From contig JAFCCL010000001.1 of assembly GCA_017610205.1 (NCBI GenBank), forward strand, positions 26,805 to 90,804: a stretch of 64,000 nt of DNA. The letters run 5' to 3'. This stretch comes from Candidatus Iainarchaeum sp. Lineage in GTDB: Archaea > Iainarchaeota > Iainarchaeia > Iainarchaeales > GCA-2688035. Of this stretch, positions 46,953 through 57,969 are shown piece after piece; the first letter of the stretch is position 1, and each line of letters opens with the position of its first letter. The notes under the pieces are model-generated. The model ran no database searches. It saw only the letters and a program-made list of their open reading frames with translations, and was not told the origin of the DNA. Both the position numbers and the translations under genes were made by a program.

Positions 46953-48479
46953 TTATTTTGCCTTGTTTTTCTTTTTTTCAACAACATTTTTTTGCATTTT
47001 AAGAAATCCTGAGAGTTGCAAAAGCCATTTCATATATTCGTGTTTTCTTTTGCTTTTTAGAATTATTTTTATATAACGCGGTGAAAGCATTGCTGAAAAG
47101 TTTTCCGCAAGCTTTTTTACATACTTTGGATTTTTCAAGGAAAGTCTGTGTACTGTTGGAAATTCCTCTGAGATTTCTTTCAGGAGCTTTTTTAGGTCAA
47201 GATTGTGTTTGGACAACTTGTATTTTGATTCAAGGAGTGAAATCCATGCGTCGTATGATGCCGGACTAGGTCCCAAAGTTTCATAATCTTTAAGTGGCAC
47301 ACCGCCCATTTTTTCATAAATGTCGTTTCCTGGATAAAGTGTTGTGACATTGAATATGCTTACTGTTGCGTCAATTCGCCTTGCAAGATCCAATGTCATT
47401 TCTACATCTTTTTCAGTTTCATCAGGTGTATTTATCATAAAATTTGCAAATGTTCTGATGCCGAGTTTTTTGCATATTCTGAACGCGTTTTCAATCTGTG
47501 GCACAGTAATTTCTTTTCTAAGTCTTACAAGGTTTTCAGGGCTTCCTGATTCAACACCAAAATCTATTTGAACACAGCCCCTGTCCTTCATTGTTTTCAT
47601 AAGGTCTTCGTATACAAGGTTGACTCTTGTTTCACAGCCCCAAATCATGTCAAGCTTTCTTTCCTTCATTTCCTTGCAGATTGTTTCAACATGTTTTCTG
47701 TTTACAGTAAATGTGTCATCATAAAAATACAAGCCGTCAATTTTGTATTTGTTTTTTAAAATTTCTATTTCGTCAACAACTTTTACTGGATCACGGTATC
47801 TTACTGTTCTTCCAAAAATATTTTTGTTTACACAGAATCTGCAAGCATAAGGGCAGCCTCTGCTTGTGAAAACATAGAATCCGGAAATTGGAATTCCCCT
47901 GATACAGTAAATTCCCGGTTTTGTATAATAGTCCATTGGAATTTTGTCAAATGCGGGCATTGGCATTTTTGAAAGGTCTTTAATCAAAGGCCTTGGCTCT
48001 GTTTTTACTATCTTGCCGTCTTTTCTAAGAAATGCAATTCCTTTAATTTTTTTAAAATCCTTTCCTGTTCCAATAGTTTTTGCAAGTTCAAGAATTGTGT
48101 TTTCTCCTTCGCCAATTACTGCAAAATCTATAGGGCTTTTTTTGTAAATTAAATCTGAAGGAATAAGCGTTGGATGTACTCCTCCTGCAAGAATTTTTAC
48201 ATCTGGTAATTCTTTTTTTATTTCTGCTGCAAGATGTCTGGTGTCAAGTACCTCTGGTGTAAGGCAGCTTAGTCCAATTATTTTTGGTTCAAGTTTTACA
48301 GTTTCCTTAATTACTTTTTTAGCCGCTTTTTCCTTGTTTCCAACTCCTTTAACGTCAACAATTTCGGTTGAAATATTGTTTTCTTCAAGAAAAGAAGCCA
48401 TATACATATAGGCAAGTGGCGGTCGCTGGCTCATTGATCTTGCAGGAGAACCTGCAAAAGCAACTTCTGGATTTTTCAT
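46953..48479 (-). CDS. Cobalamin-binding radical SAM enzyme
   Basis: PPLAYMY, GGVHPT, GEGE, TSRGCPYACRFC, GVESGS. Confidence 0.92.
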   Translation of the reverse strand: MKNPEVAFAGSPARSMSQRPPLAYMYMASFLEENNISTEIVDVKGVGNKEKAAKKVIKETVKLEPKIIGLSCLTPEVLDTRHLAAEIKKELPDVKILAGGVHPTLIPSDLIYKKSPIDFAVIGEGENTILELAKTIGTGKDFKKIKGIAFLRKDGKIVKTEPRPLIKDLSKMPMPAFDKIPMDYYTKPGIYCIRGIPISGFYVFTSRGCPYACRFCVNKNIFGRTVRYRDPVKVVDEIEILKNKYKIDGLYFYDDTFTVNRKHVETICKEMKERKLDMIWGCETRVNLVYEDLMKTMKDRGCVQIDFGVESGSPENLVRLRKEITVPQIENAFRICKKLGIRTFANFMINTPDETEKDVEMTLDLARRIDATVSIFNVTTLYPGNDIYEKMGGVPLKDYETLGPSPASYDAWISLLESKYKLSKHNLDLKKLLKEISEEFPTVHRLSLKNPKYVKKLAENFSAMLSPRYIKIILKSKRKHEYMKWLLQLSGFLKMQKNVVEKKKNKAK

Positions 48480-48596
48480 AGCACAATTGGTGTAAAAAAC
48501 TTATTAAAATCTTTCCAGTGGCTTTTTTTAATAGTACAATGTTCCAATTGAGCGAGCCGCAATGATTTAAATCCACTGCCATACTTTAATTATCAA

Positions 48597-49799
48597 ATGC
48601 CAAAGATTAAGACATTGCAGCCAGCAACCTCTTTTGTAAGATTTGATGGAGAGGATGGTTTTACAATAGAGTATGCAAAAAGGCTTGTTGCCAAAGGCAT
48701 TGCAGTTGATGCAGTTGCTCCGCATGATGTTGACACAAAGGGTTTTGAGGTAATTGACGGGGTGGCAATCCACAGGTTTAGTTACTTTTTTCCAAAGAGC
48801 CTGCAAAGGCTTGCATACCACGGCGGAGTAGCATTTAATCTTTCAAAAAGCACGCTTGCAAAATTCCAATTTCCTTTATTCATGTTTTCTTTTTTTCTTA
48901 AAACAGCGTGGAATGCAAAAGGCAAGGATATCATTCACGCACAGTGGGTTCCAAGTGGTCTTATTTCTGTTCTAATAAAAAAATTAACTGGCAAGCCGGT
49001 TGTCTTATGGGTTCATAGAATGAATTACGGCGGGCCATTTGTAAAATCTATGACGCGTTTTGTTCTTAGAAATTGTGATTTTGTACTATTCAATTCTTCT
49101 TACACTCTTAATAGGGCAAAAAGGCTCAGTAAAATGAAGGCTTTTGCAATTGTTCCGCCTGGTGTTGATGAAAATCTTTTCAAGCCAATCAAAAAAACAG
49201 GCATTCGGAAAAAAATCGGTGTTGGAACAAAAACAAAAATGGTTTTTGCTGTTGGAAGGTTTGTTGAAAAAAAGGGTTTTGCTTGCCTTATTAATGCAAT
49301 GGAGAAAGTTAAGGCAAGGGATGTTGTTTGTGTTATTGCAGGTGTTGGTCCTTTGGAGGGGTCGCTTAAGCAATTGGCAAAAGAGAAAGGCCTTGAGAAA
49401 AAAGTTCTTTTTCCTGGTTGGGTTAAAAACAGCGAGCTTCCTTTGTGGATGAATGAAGCCGATGTTGTTGTTGTGCCGTCAATTGTTGATTCGCGAGGCG
49501 ACACTGAAACTCTTGGAATTGTTGCAATAGAGGCAATTGCCTGTGGCAGCCCAATAATTGTTTCAAATGTTGGCGGGCTTGTAGATGTTGTAAAACACGG
49601 ATTTAATGGTTTTATTGCAAGGCAAAAGGATTCAAACGATCTTGCAAAGAAAATTAATCTTATTTTGCAAAGCAATTCTCTCAATAATAAAATGGCAAAA
49701 AATGCAAGAGAGCATGCTGAACAAAACTTTTCTTGGGCAAAAACAGTTGAAAAAACAATTGAAATTTACCAAAAAGTTCTTGAAAAAAAGCGCAACTGA
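48597..49799 (+). CDS. GT4 glycosyltransferase
   Basis: GRFVEKKG, ETLGIVAIEAIACG, SNVGG. Confidence 0.9.
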   Translation: MPKIKTLQPATSFVRFDGEDGFTIEYAKRLVAKGIAVDAVAPHDVDTKGFEVIDGVAIHRFSYFFPKSLQRLAYHGGVAFNLSKSTLAKFQFPLFMFSFFLKTAWNAKGKDIIHAQWVPSGLISVLIKKLTGKPVVLWVHRMNYGGPFVKSMTRFVLRNCDFVLFNSSYTLNRAKRLSKMKAFAIVPPGVDENLFKPIKKTGIRKKIGVGTKTKMVFAVGRFVEKKGFACLINAMEKVKARDVVCVIAGVGPLEGSLKQLAKEKGLEKKVLFPGWVKNSELPLWMNEADVVVVPSIVDSRGDTETLGIVAIEAIACGSPIIVSNVGGLVDVVKHGFNGFIARQKDSNDLAKKINLILQSNSLNNKMAKNAREHAEQNFSWAKTVEKTIEIYQKVLEKKRN

Positions 49800-49820
49800 A
49801 ATAATTTTTTCCTGCAAACA

Positions 49821-49883
49821 TTATTCTTTTTCTGTCTTTACGGTCTCTGTCTTGTTGAAGGCAGGAATCATTACAACAATCAT
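49821..49883 (-). pseudogene. Possible 5' remnant of a GT2 gene
   Basis: MIVVMIPAFNKTETVKTEKE* resembles the GT2 start VVLIPALNEEKTI of 51187-52152. Confidence 0.45.
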
Positions 49884-49939
49884 TTTTTAATAAAGTTTTC
49901 GCAATAAGTTTTATAACTTTTTAGTTTGTTTGTGATACC

Positions 49940-51082
49940 ATGTTAAAATACGCGAAACGAATAAAAGTTTCAAGTGGTCTAAAGATTTTGAAGCATAATC
50001 CTGTCCATTTTTTAAGGATTCTTTTTTCTACAGTAAGGGTTCTAACACTGCCTGATTATAGGTTTTTAAATGGCTACAGCCTGCCACCGGAGAACTTGCT
50101 TTTTGAAATCACAAACAGATGCAACCTCCGTTGCAAAATGTGCTGGCTTTGGAGCAAACATGGTGTAGGCAAGGCCTTTTCATTGAAGAAAGAGCTATCG
50201 ACTTCTGAGATTAAAGGCATAATTGACGATGTCTCAAAGTTCAAGCCGATTATATACTTTATTGGCGGAGAACCTCTTGTTAGGAAGGATATGGTGGATA
50301 TCTTGGATTATACAAAGAAAAAGAAACTCATCTGCACTTTGACAACCAATGGGACTTTGATGGATAAGTCTCTGGCAAAGCGTGTAGTGGAGACAGGAGT
50401 GGATCTCATAACTTTTTCAATTGATGGAGACCAAGAAGCAAATGACAAAATAAGAGGAAAAGGAAATTTCAAGAAGGCTTTGAAAGGTTTGGAAAATGTT
50501 CTGGAGAGGAAAAGGGAATTGCCTATTGTGAGAATCAACATAACTGTCTCAGAAAACAACTATTACAAGCTCTCAGACATTGTCAAAAACTTGTTATCAA
50601 GAATAGACGCTAAGAAACTCGATGAACTGAAGATTCAGCAACTTTGGTTTACTGACAAGAAACACGCAGAGGCGCACAAAAAAGTGATAAAAAAGAACTT
50701 TGCTATAGAGACGGCGGGGATTGATGGATATATTTATGAAAACAAGATGGATTTGAAGGTATTGAAAAGAGAACTGGAAAAGTTGAAATGTTTGGGAAAC
50801 GCAAAAATAAAATTCCAACCAGACTATGACCCAGAAAAATACTACGACTTGTCTGTAGTCTTCAAGAAAAGATGCGTCAGACCCTGGATTTCGGCATCCA
50901 TTAAATCAAATGGTGACCTTATACTTTGTCCAGATTACTATCTGCCTGAGTACATACTAGGCAATCTAAAAGATATGTGTTTTGAAAAACTTTGGAACTC
51001 TGAAAAAGCCTTAAAGTTTAGAAGAATATTGAAGAAAAGAAAGATGTTTCCAGGGTGCAAAAGATGCTGCGGGGTATCTTAA
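49940..51082 (+). CDS. Radical SAM/SPASM domain protein
   Basis: TNRCNLRCKMC, GGEP, TTNG, SIDG; SPASM C..PW...NGD..C..GN..W..C..CC. Confidence 0.92.
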   Translation: MLKYAKRIKVSSGLKILKHNPVHFLRILFSTVRVLTLPDYRFLNGYSLPPENLLFEITNRCNLRCKMCWLWSKHGVGKAFSLKKELSTSEIKGIIDDVSKFKPIIYFIGGEPLVRKDMVDILDYTKKKKLICTLTTNGTLMDKSLAKRVVETGVDLITFSIDGDQEANDKIRGKGNFKKALKGLENVLERKRELPIVRINITVSENNYYKLSDIVKNLLSRIDAKKLDELKIQQLWFTDKKHAEAHKKVIKKNFAIETAGIDGYIYENKMDLKVLKRELEKLKCLGNAKIKFQPDYDPEKYYDLSVVFKKRCVRPWISASIKSNGDLILCPDYYLPEYILGNLKDMCFEKLWNSEKALKFRRILKKRKMFPGCKRCCGVS

Positions 51083-51186
51083 AGTTTTATAATTCTTGAC
51101 AGGTATTTTGCTTTTATGTGCATAAGGGTATCTGGATAAATAAAGGTTCTTGCAGTAGGGGGGTTGCAAGAAGAGTTTTCATATCT

Positions 51187-52152
51187 TCACTTTCTGGCTT
51201 TTTTTCTGTAAAGCAGTTCTTCAAGTAGCCTTCTCTGCCTGTCAAGCATGTCTGCAATTAGTGCAAGCATCATAAGCAGGAAACCAAGAAGTAGAAGTAT
51301 TCCAATTCCATAAACAATCCATCCTAGTGTTGGTGTTGGTGAAAAAAGCCAGTAATATATTACCCCGACAATGCCTGTGACAAAAAGAAGCAGTCCTATT
51401 ATTCCAAAGAACTGCAGTGGCTTGTAATCGCGAAGTGTTCTAATAAAGATTATTAAGGCTTTTATGCCGTAGCTATACCAGTGGGTTACAATACGGCTTT
51501 TTCCACTGCGTTCTCCTGCAACTTTGCATGCAACTTCTTCAATTCTCATTTCTTTTTCAAGCAAGTCAATTAAAACTTCCTGCGTGTAAGTGAATTTTGC
51601 AAACAGGTTCATTCTCAAAGCAGCTTCTCTGCTGTAAGCTCTAAATCCACATTGTGTGTCAGTAAATTTGCTTCCTGTAAAAAAGTTTATTATTTTGGTA
51701 AAGCATTTGTTTCCAAATTTTTTAATTCCTGGCATTTCTGGCTCAAGGGTTTTGTCCAAAAAACGGCTGCATGTTACAACATCTGCGTTTCCTAAAAGAA
51801 TTGGCGCAATAATTTTTTCAATGTCTTTTGGATTAAATTGCCCGTCTGCATCAATGTTTACTATGATGTTAGCATTCATTTTTAAGGCGGCTTCAATTCC
51901 TGTTCTAAAAGCAATTCCCAATCCCTTATTTGAATCGTGTGAGACAATTTTGTCTGCTTTTGCCAGCCCTGCCTTTTGCACTGTTCTGTCCGTGCTTCCA
52001 TCGTCAACTACTAGCACAAGAACTTTTGTAATCCCCTTAATTTTTCTAGGAATTGCCTTTATTACTGAAGCAATTGTCTTCTCTTCGTTAAGAGCAGGTA
52101 TTAGTACAACAAGTTTTGTGTTTTTTTCCATAGTATTCATTTCTTGCATCAA
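51187..52152 (-). CDS. GT2 glycosyltransferase with two C-terminal TM helices
   Basis: IPALNEE, VDDGSTD, DADGQ, DTQCGFRA. Confidence 0.9.
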   Translation of the reverse strand: MMQEMNTMEKNTKLVVLIPALNEEKTIASVIKAIPRKIKGITKVLVLVVDDGSTDRTVQKAGLAKADKIVSHDSNKGLGIAFRTGIEAALKMNANIIVNIDADGQFNPKDIEKIIAPILLGNADVVTCSRFLDKTLEPEMPGIKKFGNKCFTKIINFFTGSKFTDTQCGFRAYSREAALRMNLFAKFTYTQEVLIDLLEKEMRIEEVACKVAGERSGKSRIVTHWYSYGIKALIIFIRTLRDYKPLQFFGIIGLLLFVTGIVGVIYYWLFSPTPTLGWIVYGIGILLLLGFLLMMLALIADMLDRQRRLLEELLYRKKARK

Positions 52153-52236
52153 GTCCTTTAAAACCTTTTATTTTTTGATTAACGTACCATAATTTGCGGG
52201 GTTTCTTTAAATATTTTTTCCAAATTAACTCTATTA

Positions 52237-53805
52237 ATGTCATTTACTTTTTCGGGTTTTTTTTCAAACAGGCCCTCTGAAATAAAAATTGCAATTATAA
52301 TTATTATATTTGCGTTTGTTGCAAGGCTTTTTGCCCTGTTTTTTATGCCTGATGTGTCAATGACTGACAGCATTTACCATTTAAGTATTGTAAAATACAT
52401 TATTGCAAATCATGTCATACCGCTTGCAGGCATTCCTAATGTAAGTAACGCAAGCCTGCCTGTTCCACTTTTCCACATACTTGTTGCAATTCCTTTTACA
52501 ATTCTTCCAATTCAATTTAATCTTGCAACTGCCAGAATTTTTCCGTTTATTTTCTCTTTTCTCCAGCTTGTACTTGCTTTTATTCTTCTTAAAAAATTGT
52601 TTCCAAAAAGATGGCCTATTGGATTTGCATTTGTTGCAATGCAGCCATTCCTGATAATTTTTGGTGCATTAAATTACCTTGAAACACTTGCAACAGTTAC
52701 TGTTCTTGCCTGTTTTTTGATATATTTGCGTTTTGCAGAAACAGGCAAAACGTCTTACTTAATTGCGATGCCTTTTGCAATTGCAGCAATGGCTCTTTCA
52801 AAAGAAAGCGCAACAATTCTTGTTCCGCCTTTTTTTCTTGCATTCCTTTTTGAATTGTTGAAAAAGAGAGGCGGGGTTGAATTGTGGAAAAAAAAGGGCA
52901 GAGTTTTATGGCAATGGACTGCAAAAACAGCCTATTTTGTTGTTGCTTCAGTAACACTTTCAGCTGTATGGTTTTTTGTAAATGCAAAAAGTCAAAGCAC
53001 TTCAGCTTCAACAACTGTAAGAGGTTTTGCCGCATTTCTTACCGGTCTGCAATATCTTTCCCCTGTTCTTATTTTGCTATTGCCGTTGCAGTTTAATGCA
53101 TCGTTTTGGTTTTTCCTGGCACAGGGCTTTAGTTCAAATCCTTTTGGCATATCTGCAGAACTTGCATTTGTTGCATTTAGCATTGTAACTTTCCCTGTTC
53201 TTTGCCTGATTTTCTTTGGTTTGGCAAAAGGGGTTGCAAAAAAGGACAGGGCGTCGCTTTTGCTTCTCTTATGCCTTGCGTTTTCATTTTTTATCCTTGT
53301 TGTAAGGGCCAACAGGCAAATTAGCGTCAGAATGCTTGTTCCAATTATTCCATTGTTTGGCATTTCCGTTTGCTGGGCTTTTAAAAGCATTAATGGAATT
53401 AATTGGAGAAGAATTGCGTTGCTTTTATTTTCTCTCACAGCAATTTATTCAGTTGCCTTTTCCTCGCTTTATGTGCTTAATTTTTATGAAGATTACAACA
53501 ATCACATTCCGCTGTACGAGTTTGCAAAAGGCTTGCCTGAAGGAAGTGTGATTGCAATCCATCCAAATAAGACAAGGCAGTTGCCTTTTATTACTGGCGT
53601 TCAGTCTGTTTCGTTTGCATATTTTAATGACTTGAAGCAAGAAGAGCTTATTCAAAAATTGAATGAGTATAATGTTACTCATATTGCTGCAACCTGTTAT
53701 AAAAATCCATGGGATTTAGATGTTTTAAATTCGCTTGAACAGCAGTATTTGCTTGAAAAAGTTTTTGGAGACAACTGTAGTACATTGTATTGGCTGAAAA
53801 AGTGA
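52237..53805 (+). CDS. Multi-pass membrane protein, GT-C-like
   Basis: First TM, then TDSIYH; PLFH; LSKES; many TM helices. Confidence 0.65.
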   Translation: MSFTFSGFFSNRPSEIKIAIIIIIFAFVARLFALFFMPDVSMTDSIYHLSIVKYIIANHVIPLAGIPNVSNASLPVPLFHILVAIPFTILPIQFNLATARIFPFIFSFLQLVLAFILLKKLFPKRWPIGFAFVAMQPFLIIFGALNYLETLATVTVLACFLIYLRFAETGKTSYLIAMPFAIAAMALSKESATILVPPFFLAFLFELLKKRGGVELWKKKGRVLWQWTAKTAYFVVASVTLSAVWFFVNAKSQSTSASTTVRGFAAFLTGLQYLSPVLILLLPLQFNASFWFFLAQGFSSNPFGISAELAFVAFSIVTFPVLCLIFFGLAKGVAKKDRASLLLLLCLAFSFFILVVRANRQISVRMLVPIIPLFGISVCWAFKSINGINWRRIALLLFSLTAIYSVAFSSLYVLNFYEDYNNHIPLYEFAKGLPEGSVIAIHPNKTRQLPFITGVQSVSFAYFNDLKQEELIQKLNEYNVTHIAATCYKNPWDLDVLNSLEQQYLLEKVFGDNCSTLYWLKK

Positions 53806-53859
53806 TTTGAATGGAAACAATAACTTCTGTAAATTGTACTGATTAAAAAAGTGATTTGA

Positions 53860-55431
53860 ATGGGAAAAGAACTTTCTGTAATTGCAAAAGGTGCCGGTTT
53901 TATATTTGCTGGTTTTGCTTTAAGCAAGGTGTTTGCGCTTATTTACCGGATGCTTTTGGCAAGATGGCTTGGCCCTGCAGAATTTGGATTATTCTCTATC
54001 TGTCTAGGGATACTTGGTATTGTTTCAGTTTTTGCAGCTTTGGGGCTTTACCAGGGCATCCTTCACTATGTTGCGGTTTATGATAGTACCGGGCAAAAGG
54101 AGATGGTTAGGGGAACAATTTTGTTTGGATTAAAAGCCCAGTTTGTTTCTTCTGTATTTTTTGCTATAGTTTTGTTTATTTTATCTGACTGGCTTGCAGT
54201 CTCTTTTTTTCACGAGCCGGAACTTTCCATAGTGCTAAAAATTTTTGCAATTTCACTGCCGTTCTTTATTCTGACTTCTAGCCTGATGATTTTGACACAG
54301 GCTTTCAAAAAAATTAAATATAAAGTTTATCTAAGGAGTCTGATTGAAAATATTTCCAAAATTGTTTTAACTGTAATTTTTCTTTTTTTTGGATTTCAGC
54401 TTTTTGGAGTAGTTCTTGCACTTGCAATAAGTGCTGTTTTTACTTTTATAATTTCGCTTTACATTGTGCAAAAAAAAGTCTTTCCATTGTTTGATTCAAA
54501 AATTAAATCTAAATTTAATCCAAAAGAACTTTTTGCTTACAGCTGGCCTTTGTTTGCTGTTGGTTTTTTTTCAGTAATAATGAGTTCCACTGACACACTA
54601 ATGTTAGGTTATTTTTCTTTTGTTTATGATGTTGGAATTTATAATGTTGCTCATCCTGTAGCAAATTTTTTGACAGTTGCCGGAACTGCTTTTGGAACGC
54701 TTTTTCTTCCTATAATTACAGGAATTTATGCTCAAAAGAAAATGGATAAATTTGAAAAAACTTTTAAAACTATTACTAGGTGGGTTTTTTTAGTAACCTT
54801 CCCCTGTTTACTTTTTACAATTCTTTTTTCATCTGATATTCTTACGGTGTTGTTTGGTGACGTTTATGCAGCTGGTGCTGGAGTTTTGATAATTCTTTCG
54901 CTAGGTGTCTTTGTCAGTTCATTTACTGGTAACGTAAAATCAATTCTTGAAAGTATCAAAAAGACAAAACTTATTTTTGTTAATACTGTAATCTGTGGTG
55001 TTTTAAATATTTTTCTTAATTTCTGGCTTATAAAATTGTTTGAAACAAGTGGAAATGCTATTTTAGGCGCTGCTTTGGCCACTGCTTTTTCTTATTTTCT
55101 TTGGAGCTTTTTGGCATTTATTGAAGTTTATGTTTTGACAAGAATCCATCCTTATTCCAAGGCATATTTTGTTCCAACAATTTCAGCGTGCATTGCAATA
55201 CTTTTGTTTTTTGTTTTAAAGAATACCCTGCCTCCATTTATATTGCTGAACTTTCCGGTTGATTTTATTATATTGTGTCTTTTTGGTATTGGCTTTTTGG
55301 TATTTTATGGGGTGCTGTTTATCGTGTTTAAGGGGCTGCAGCCAGATGACCTTGAGATTTTGAAACAGGTTGAAGCTAAGTTTGGTTTTAAGTTTAACTT
55401 TATAAGAAATTTTGTGAAAAAATTTATTTAA
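53860..55431 (+). CDS. Wzx-type flippase
   Basis: LARWLGPAEFG, TDTLMLG, VGIYNVA. Confidence 0.88.
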   Translation: MGKELSVIAKGAGFIFAGFALSKVFALIYRMLLARWLGPAEFGLFSICLGILGIVSVFAALGLYQGILHYVAVYDSTGQKEMVRGTILFGLKAQFVSSVFFAIVLFILSDWLAVSFFHEPELSIVLKIFAISLPFFILTSSLMILTQAFKKIKYKVYLRSLIENISKIVLTVIFLFFGFQLFGVVLALAISAVFTFIISLYIVQKKVFPLFDSKIKSKFNPKELFAYSWPLFAVGFFSVIMSSTDTLMLGYFSFVYDVGIYNVAHPVANFLTVAGTAFGTLFLPIITGIYAQKKMDKFEKTFKTITRWVFLVTFPCLLFTILFSSDILTVLFGDVYAAGAGVLIILSLGVFVSSFTGNVKSILESIKKTKLIFVNTVICGVLNIFLNFWLIKLFETSGNAILGAALATAFSYFLWSFLAFIEVYVLTRIHPYSKAYFVPTISACIAILLFFVLKNTLPPFILLNFPVDFIILCLFGIGFLVFYGVLFIVFKGLQPDDLEILKQVEAKFGFKFNFIRNFVKKFI

Positions 55432-55465
55432 TTCTATTAAATATTTTTTTAAAGAAAAAAATAAA

Positions 55466-56620
55466 TCATTTTTTTTTAAAAACTATTTTTTCTTTGCTAC
55501 TTTTTTTTTCTTTAAATCCTAGTTTTTTAAAAAGTTTTTTTGAAGCAGTATTTTTTGGTTTTATTTCTGCAATACACTCCCTAATATTTATTCCTGATAA
55601 TGCTATAAACGCAATGCCTTTTTTTCTAAAATTTTCATTGATTGCAATTGAAACTATTTTTTTGTCAATTCTTGCAAGTCCAACTGGCGTTTTTCCTGAA
55701 AAAATTGCAAATGCCTTAAAATCATTATCTTTCAATTTTGTTTCCCAATATTTTGTGTTTTCTTTGACTTTTATTTTAGCAGGGTTAAATGAGTTTTTTC
55801 TGACAGTTTTTTGGTTCATAATGTTCAAAATCCATTTTCTGTCATTAAAATTTACTGGTCTTAGTGTAATTTGCTCAATATTTCCTCTTTTGTCCCTGTA
55901 TTTTTCTTCTTGAGTTATACTTATTTTTTTCAGTTTTGGATTGTTGTCAACAAACCCTATAACTTTTTCAACTTCTGCGTTTGTTTCAAGCTTTGAAAAA
56001 ATTGTTTCCATTAACTTAAGGTCTTTTTTTGTGTCAACACAAAACCTTAGCTCTGGTCTAAATAATTTTTTTCTTGCTTTTACATATCCCATTTTGAATT
56101 TTTTTGGGTTTGCATAAATATAATGAGTTACATGTTCTTTGTCAAACTTGCTTTTTGCTTCTTTAACTGTTTTTTCAAGTATTTTGAAAGAAAAGACTTC
56201 TACATCAAGGCCTCTTGGAAATGTTCTGAGTGCAATATTGCTTACATAATCAAATTTTTCTTTTAAAAATTTTTCAACTGTCTGATCAACTGTTTTAGAA
56301 TCAATTAGGGGACAATCTCCTGTTACTCTTATAACGACATCTAGCTCGTGTTTTTTTGCGCAATCATAATACCTTTTCAAAACATTATTTTCAGATCCTT
56401 TGTATACTTTAATTCCTTTTTTTTTGCAATAGTTTGAAATTTTATTGTCATTTCTTGCAGTGCTTGTAGCGACAATAATTGTATCAAGTTTCTTGCATGC
56501 TGTAAGTCGTTCAATAATAATCCCAAGCATTGGTTTTCCTGCAATCTTTGTCATACTTTTTCCAGGGAGCCTTGTTGATCCCATTCTTGCCTGTACTATA
56601 CAGCCTATTTTTTTTCTCAT
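55466..56620 (-). CDS. SpsF/PseF-like cytidylyltransferase fused to a PseH-like GNAT domain
   Basis: QARMGSTRLPGK, RVTGDCP, EHVT; then LRPV..DRKWILNIMNQKTVRKNSF...FRKKGIA...NTASKKLFKKLGF. Confidence 0.85.
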   Translation of the reverse strand: MRKKIGCIVQARMGSTRLPGKSMTKIAGKPMLGIIIERLTACKKLDTIIVATSTARNDNKISNYCKKKGIKVYKGSENNVLKRYYDCAKKHELDVVIRVTGDCPLIDSKTVDQTVEKFLKEKFDYVSNIALRTFPRGLDVEVFSFKILEKTVKEAKSKFDKEHVTHYIYANPKKFKMGYVKARKKLFRPELRFCVDTKKDLKLMETIFSKLETNAEVEKVIGFVDNNPKLKKISITQEEKYRDKRGNIEQITLRPVNFNDRKWILNIMNQKTVRKNSFNPAKIKVKENTKYWETKLKDNDFKAFAIFSGKTPVGLARIDKKIVSIAINENFRKKGIAFIALSGINIRECIAEIKPKNTASKKLFKKLGFKEKKSSKEKIVFKKK

Positions 56621-56780
56621 GATTTTTCAAGCCTTAAACGTATTTTTTCTTAATTGGCTGATTTTTCTTAATTGCTTTTTTTGCCTTGTTGCCAATTTTG
56701 AATGAATTCATTTTTGCTTTCACTTACTTTCAGCTTTTTTTTTTTACTTTATTTTCATTTTCTCTCTTTTAAATATTTTT

Positions 56781-57926
56781 TCATTTCACTTCTTTTAAAC
56801 CTTCTTTTACTTTTGCAATAACGTAATTTACATCATCTTCAACCATCTTTGGAAAAATTGGCAGGCTTAAAATTCTTTTAAAAACATATTCTGTGTTTGG
56901 AAAGTCCTTTGGATTCAAGTTATATTTTTTTTGGTAAAGACTGTGTCTGTAAATTGGAATATAGTGCACATTTACTCCAATGTTTTGCCCTCTTAGGAAT
57001 TTGAATAGCTTGTCCCTGTTTTTTACAAGCACGCAATAAAGATGCCACGCATGTTTTATTCCCTGCATTGTTTTTGGGGTTTTAATTCCGTCAAGTCCCT
57101 CAAATGCTTTGTTATATGTTTTGGCAATTTCTTCACGTCTTTTCAAAAATGTTTCAATTCTTGAAAACTGGCTTAATGCAAGTGCGCATCCAATATCGCT
57201 TATTCTAAAATTTCTGCTAAGTTCTTTAACATCATATGCATAGTCGCCATTTTTTCCAAAACGTTTTTTTGCATCTCTATCAATGCCGTGGTTTCTAAGC
57301 ATTAAAATTTTTTTATAAATTTCTTCGTTGTTAACTGTTATTGCTCCGCCTTCACCTGAAGTAATATGTTTTACCGGGTGGAATGAAAAGCACCCTGCTT
57401 TGCCAAAAGAACCTGCTTTTTTGCCTTGAAATTTTGCTCCAAGTGCGTGTGCTGCATCCTCTATGATTGCCACGTTATTGCTTTTTGCAATTTTTTCAAT
57501 TTCGTTCATTTGACAGCATTGTCCTGCAAAATGAACCGGAATTATTGCCTTTGTTTTTTCCGTTATTTTTTTTTCAATTTCACCAGGGTCTATGTTGAAG
57601 CTTTCTTTGTCGATATCTGCAAAGTCAACATCTGCCTGGTTTAGCAGGGCGGCGTTTGCAGATGCAACAAAACTAAGAGGGCTTGTTATTATCCTGGTTC
57701 CTTTTTCAACTCCACACGCTTTTGCAGAAAGTTCCAAAGCGGCGGTTCCGCTGTTTACTGCAACCGCATATTTTGTACCAATATAATCTGCAAGTTTTTT
57801 TTCAAATTTGGCAATGGCTGGTCCGTTTGAAATCCAATCGCTTTTGAGAACTTGGTTTACTGCCAAAATGTCTTTATTATTTATCCAATGCAAACCATAT
57901 GGTAAATAGTTTTCTCTTTTTTTCAT
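56781..57926 (-). CDS. DegT/DnrJ aminotransferase, PseC-like
   Basis: LPYGLHWI, NSGTAAL, EDAAHALG, SFHPVKHITSGEGG, VNVHYIP. Start moved to ATG 57926. Confidence 0.88.
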   Translation of the reverse strand: MKKRENYLPYGLHWINNKDILAVNQVLKSDWISNGPAIAKFEKKLADYIGTKYAVAVNSGTAALELSAKACGVEKGTRIITSPLSFVASANAALLNQADVDFADIDKESFNIDPGEIEKKITEKTKAIIPVHFAGQCCQMNEIEKIAKSNNVAIIEDAAHALGAKFQGKKAGSFGKAGCFSFHPVKHITSGEGGAITVNNEEIYKKILMLRNHGIDRDAKKRFGKNGDYAYDVKELSRNFRISDIGCALALSQFSRIETFLKRREEIAKTYNKAFEGLDGIKTPKTMQGIKHAWHLYCVLVKNRDKLFKFLRGQNIGVNVHYIPIYRHSLYQKKYNLNPKDFPNTEYVFKRILSLPIFPKMVEDDVNYVIAKVKEGLKEVK

Positions 57927-57969
57927 ACAAATCTTAATCCTGTATTTTTGCTTATTGCAAATATTGTTT

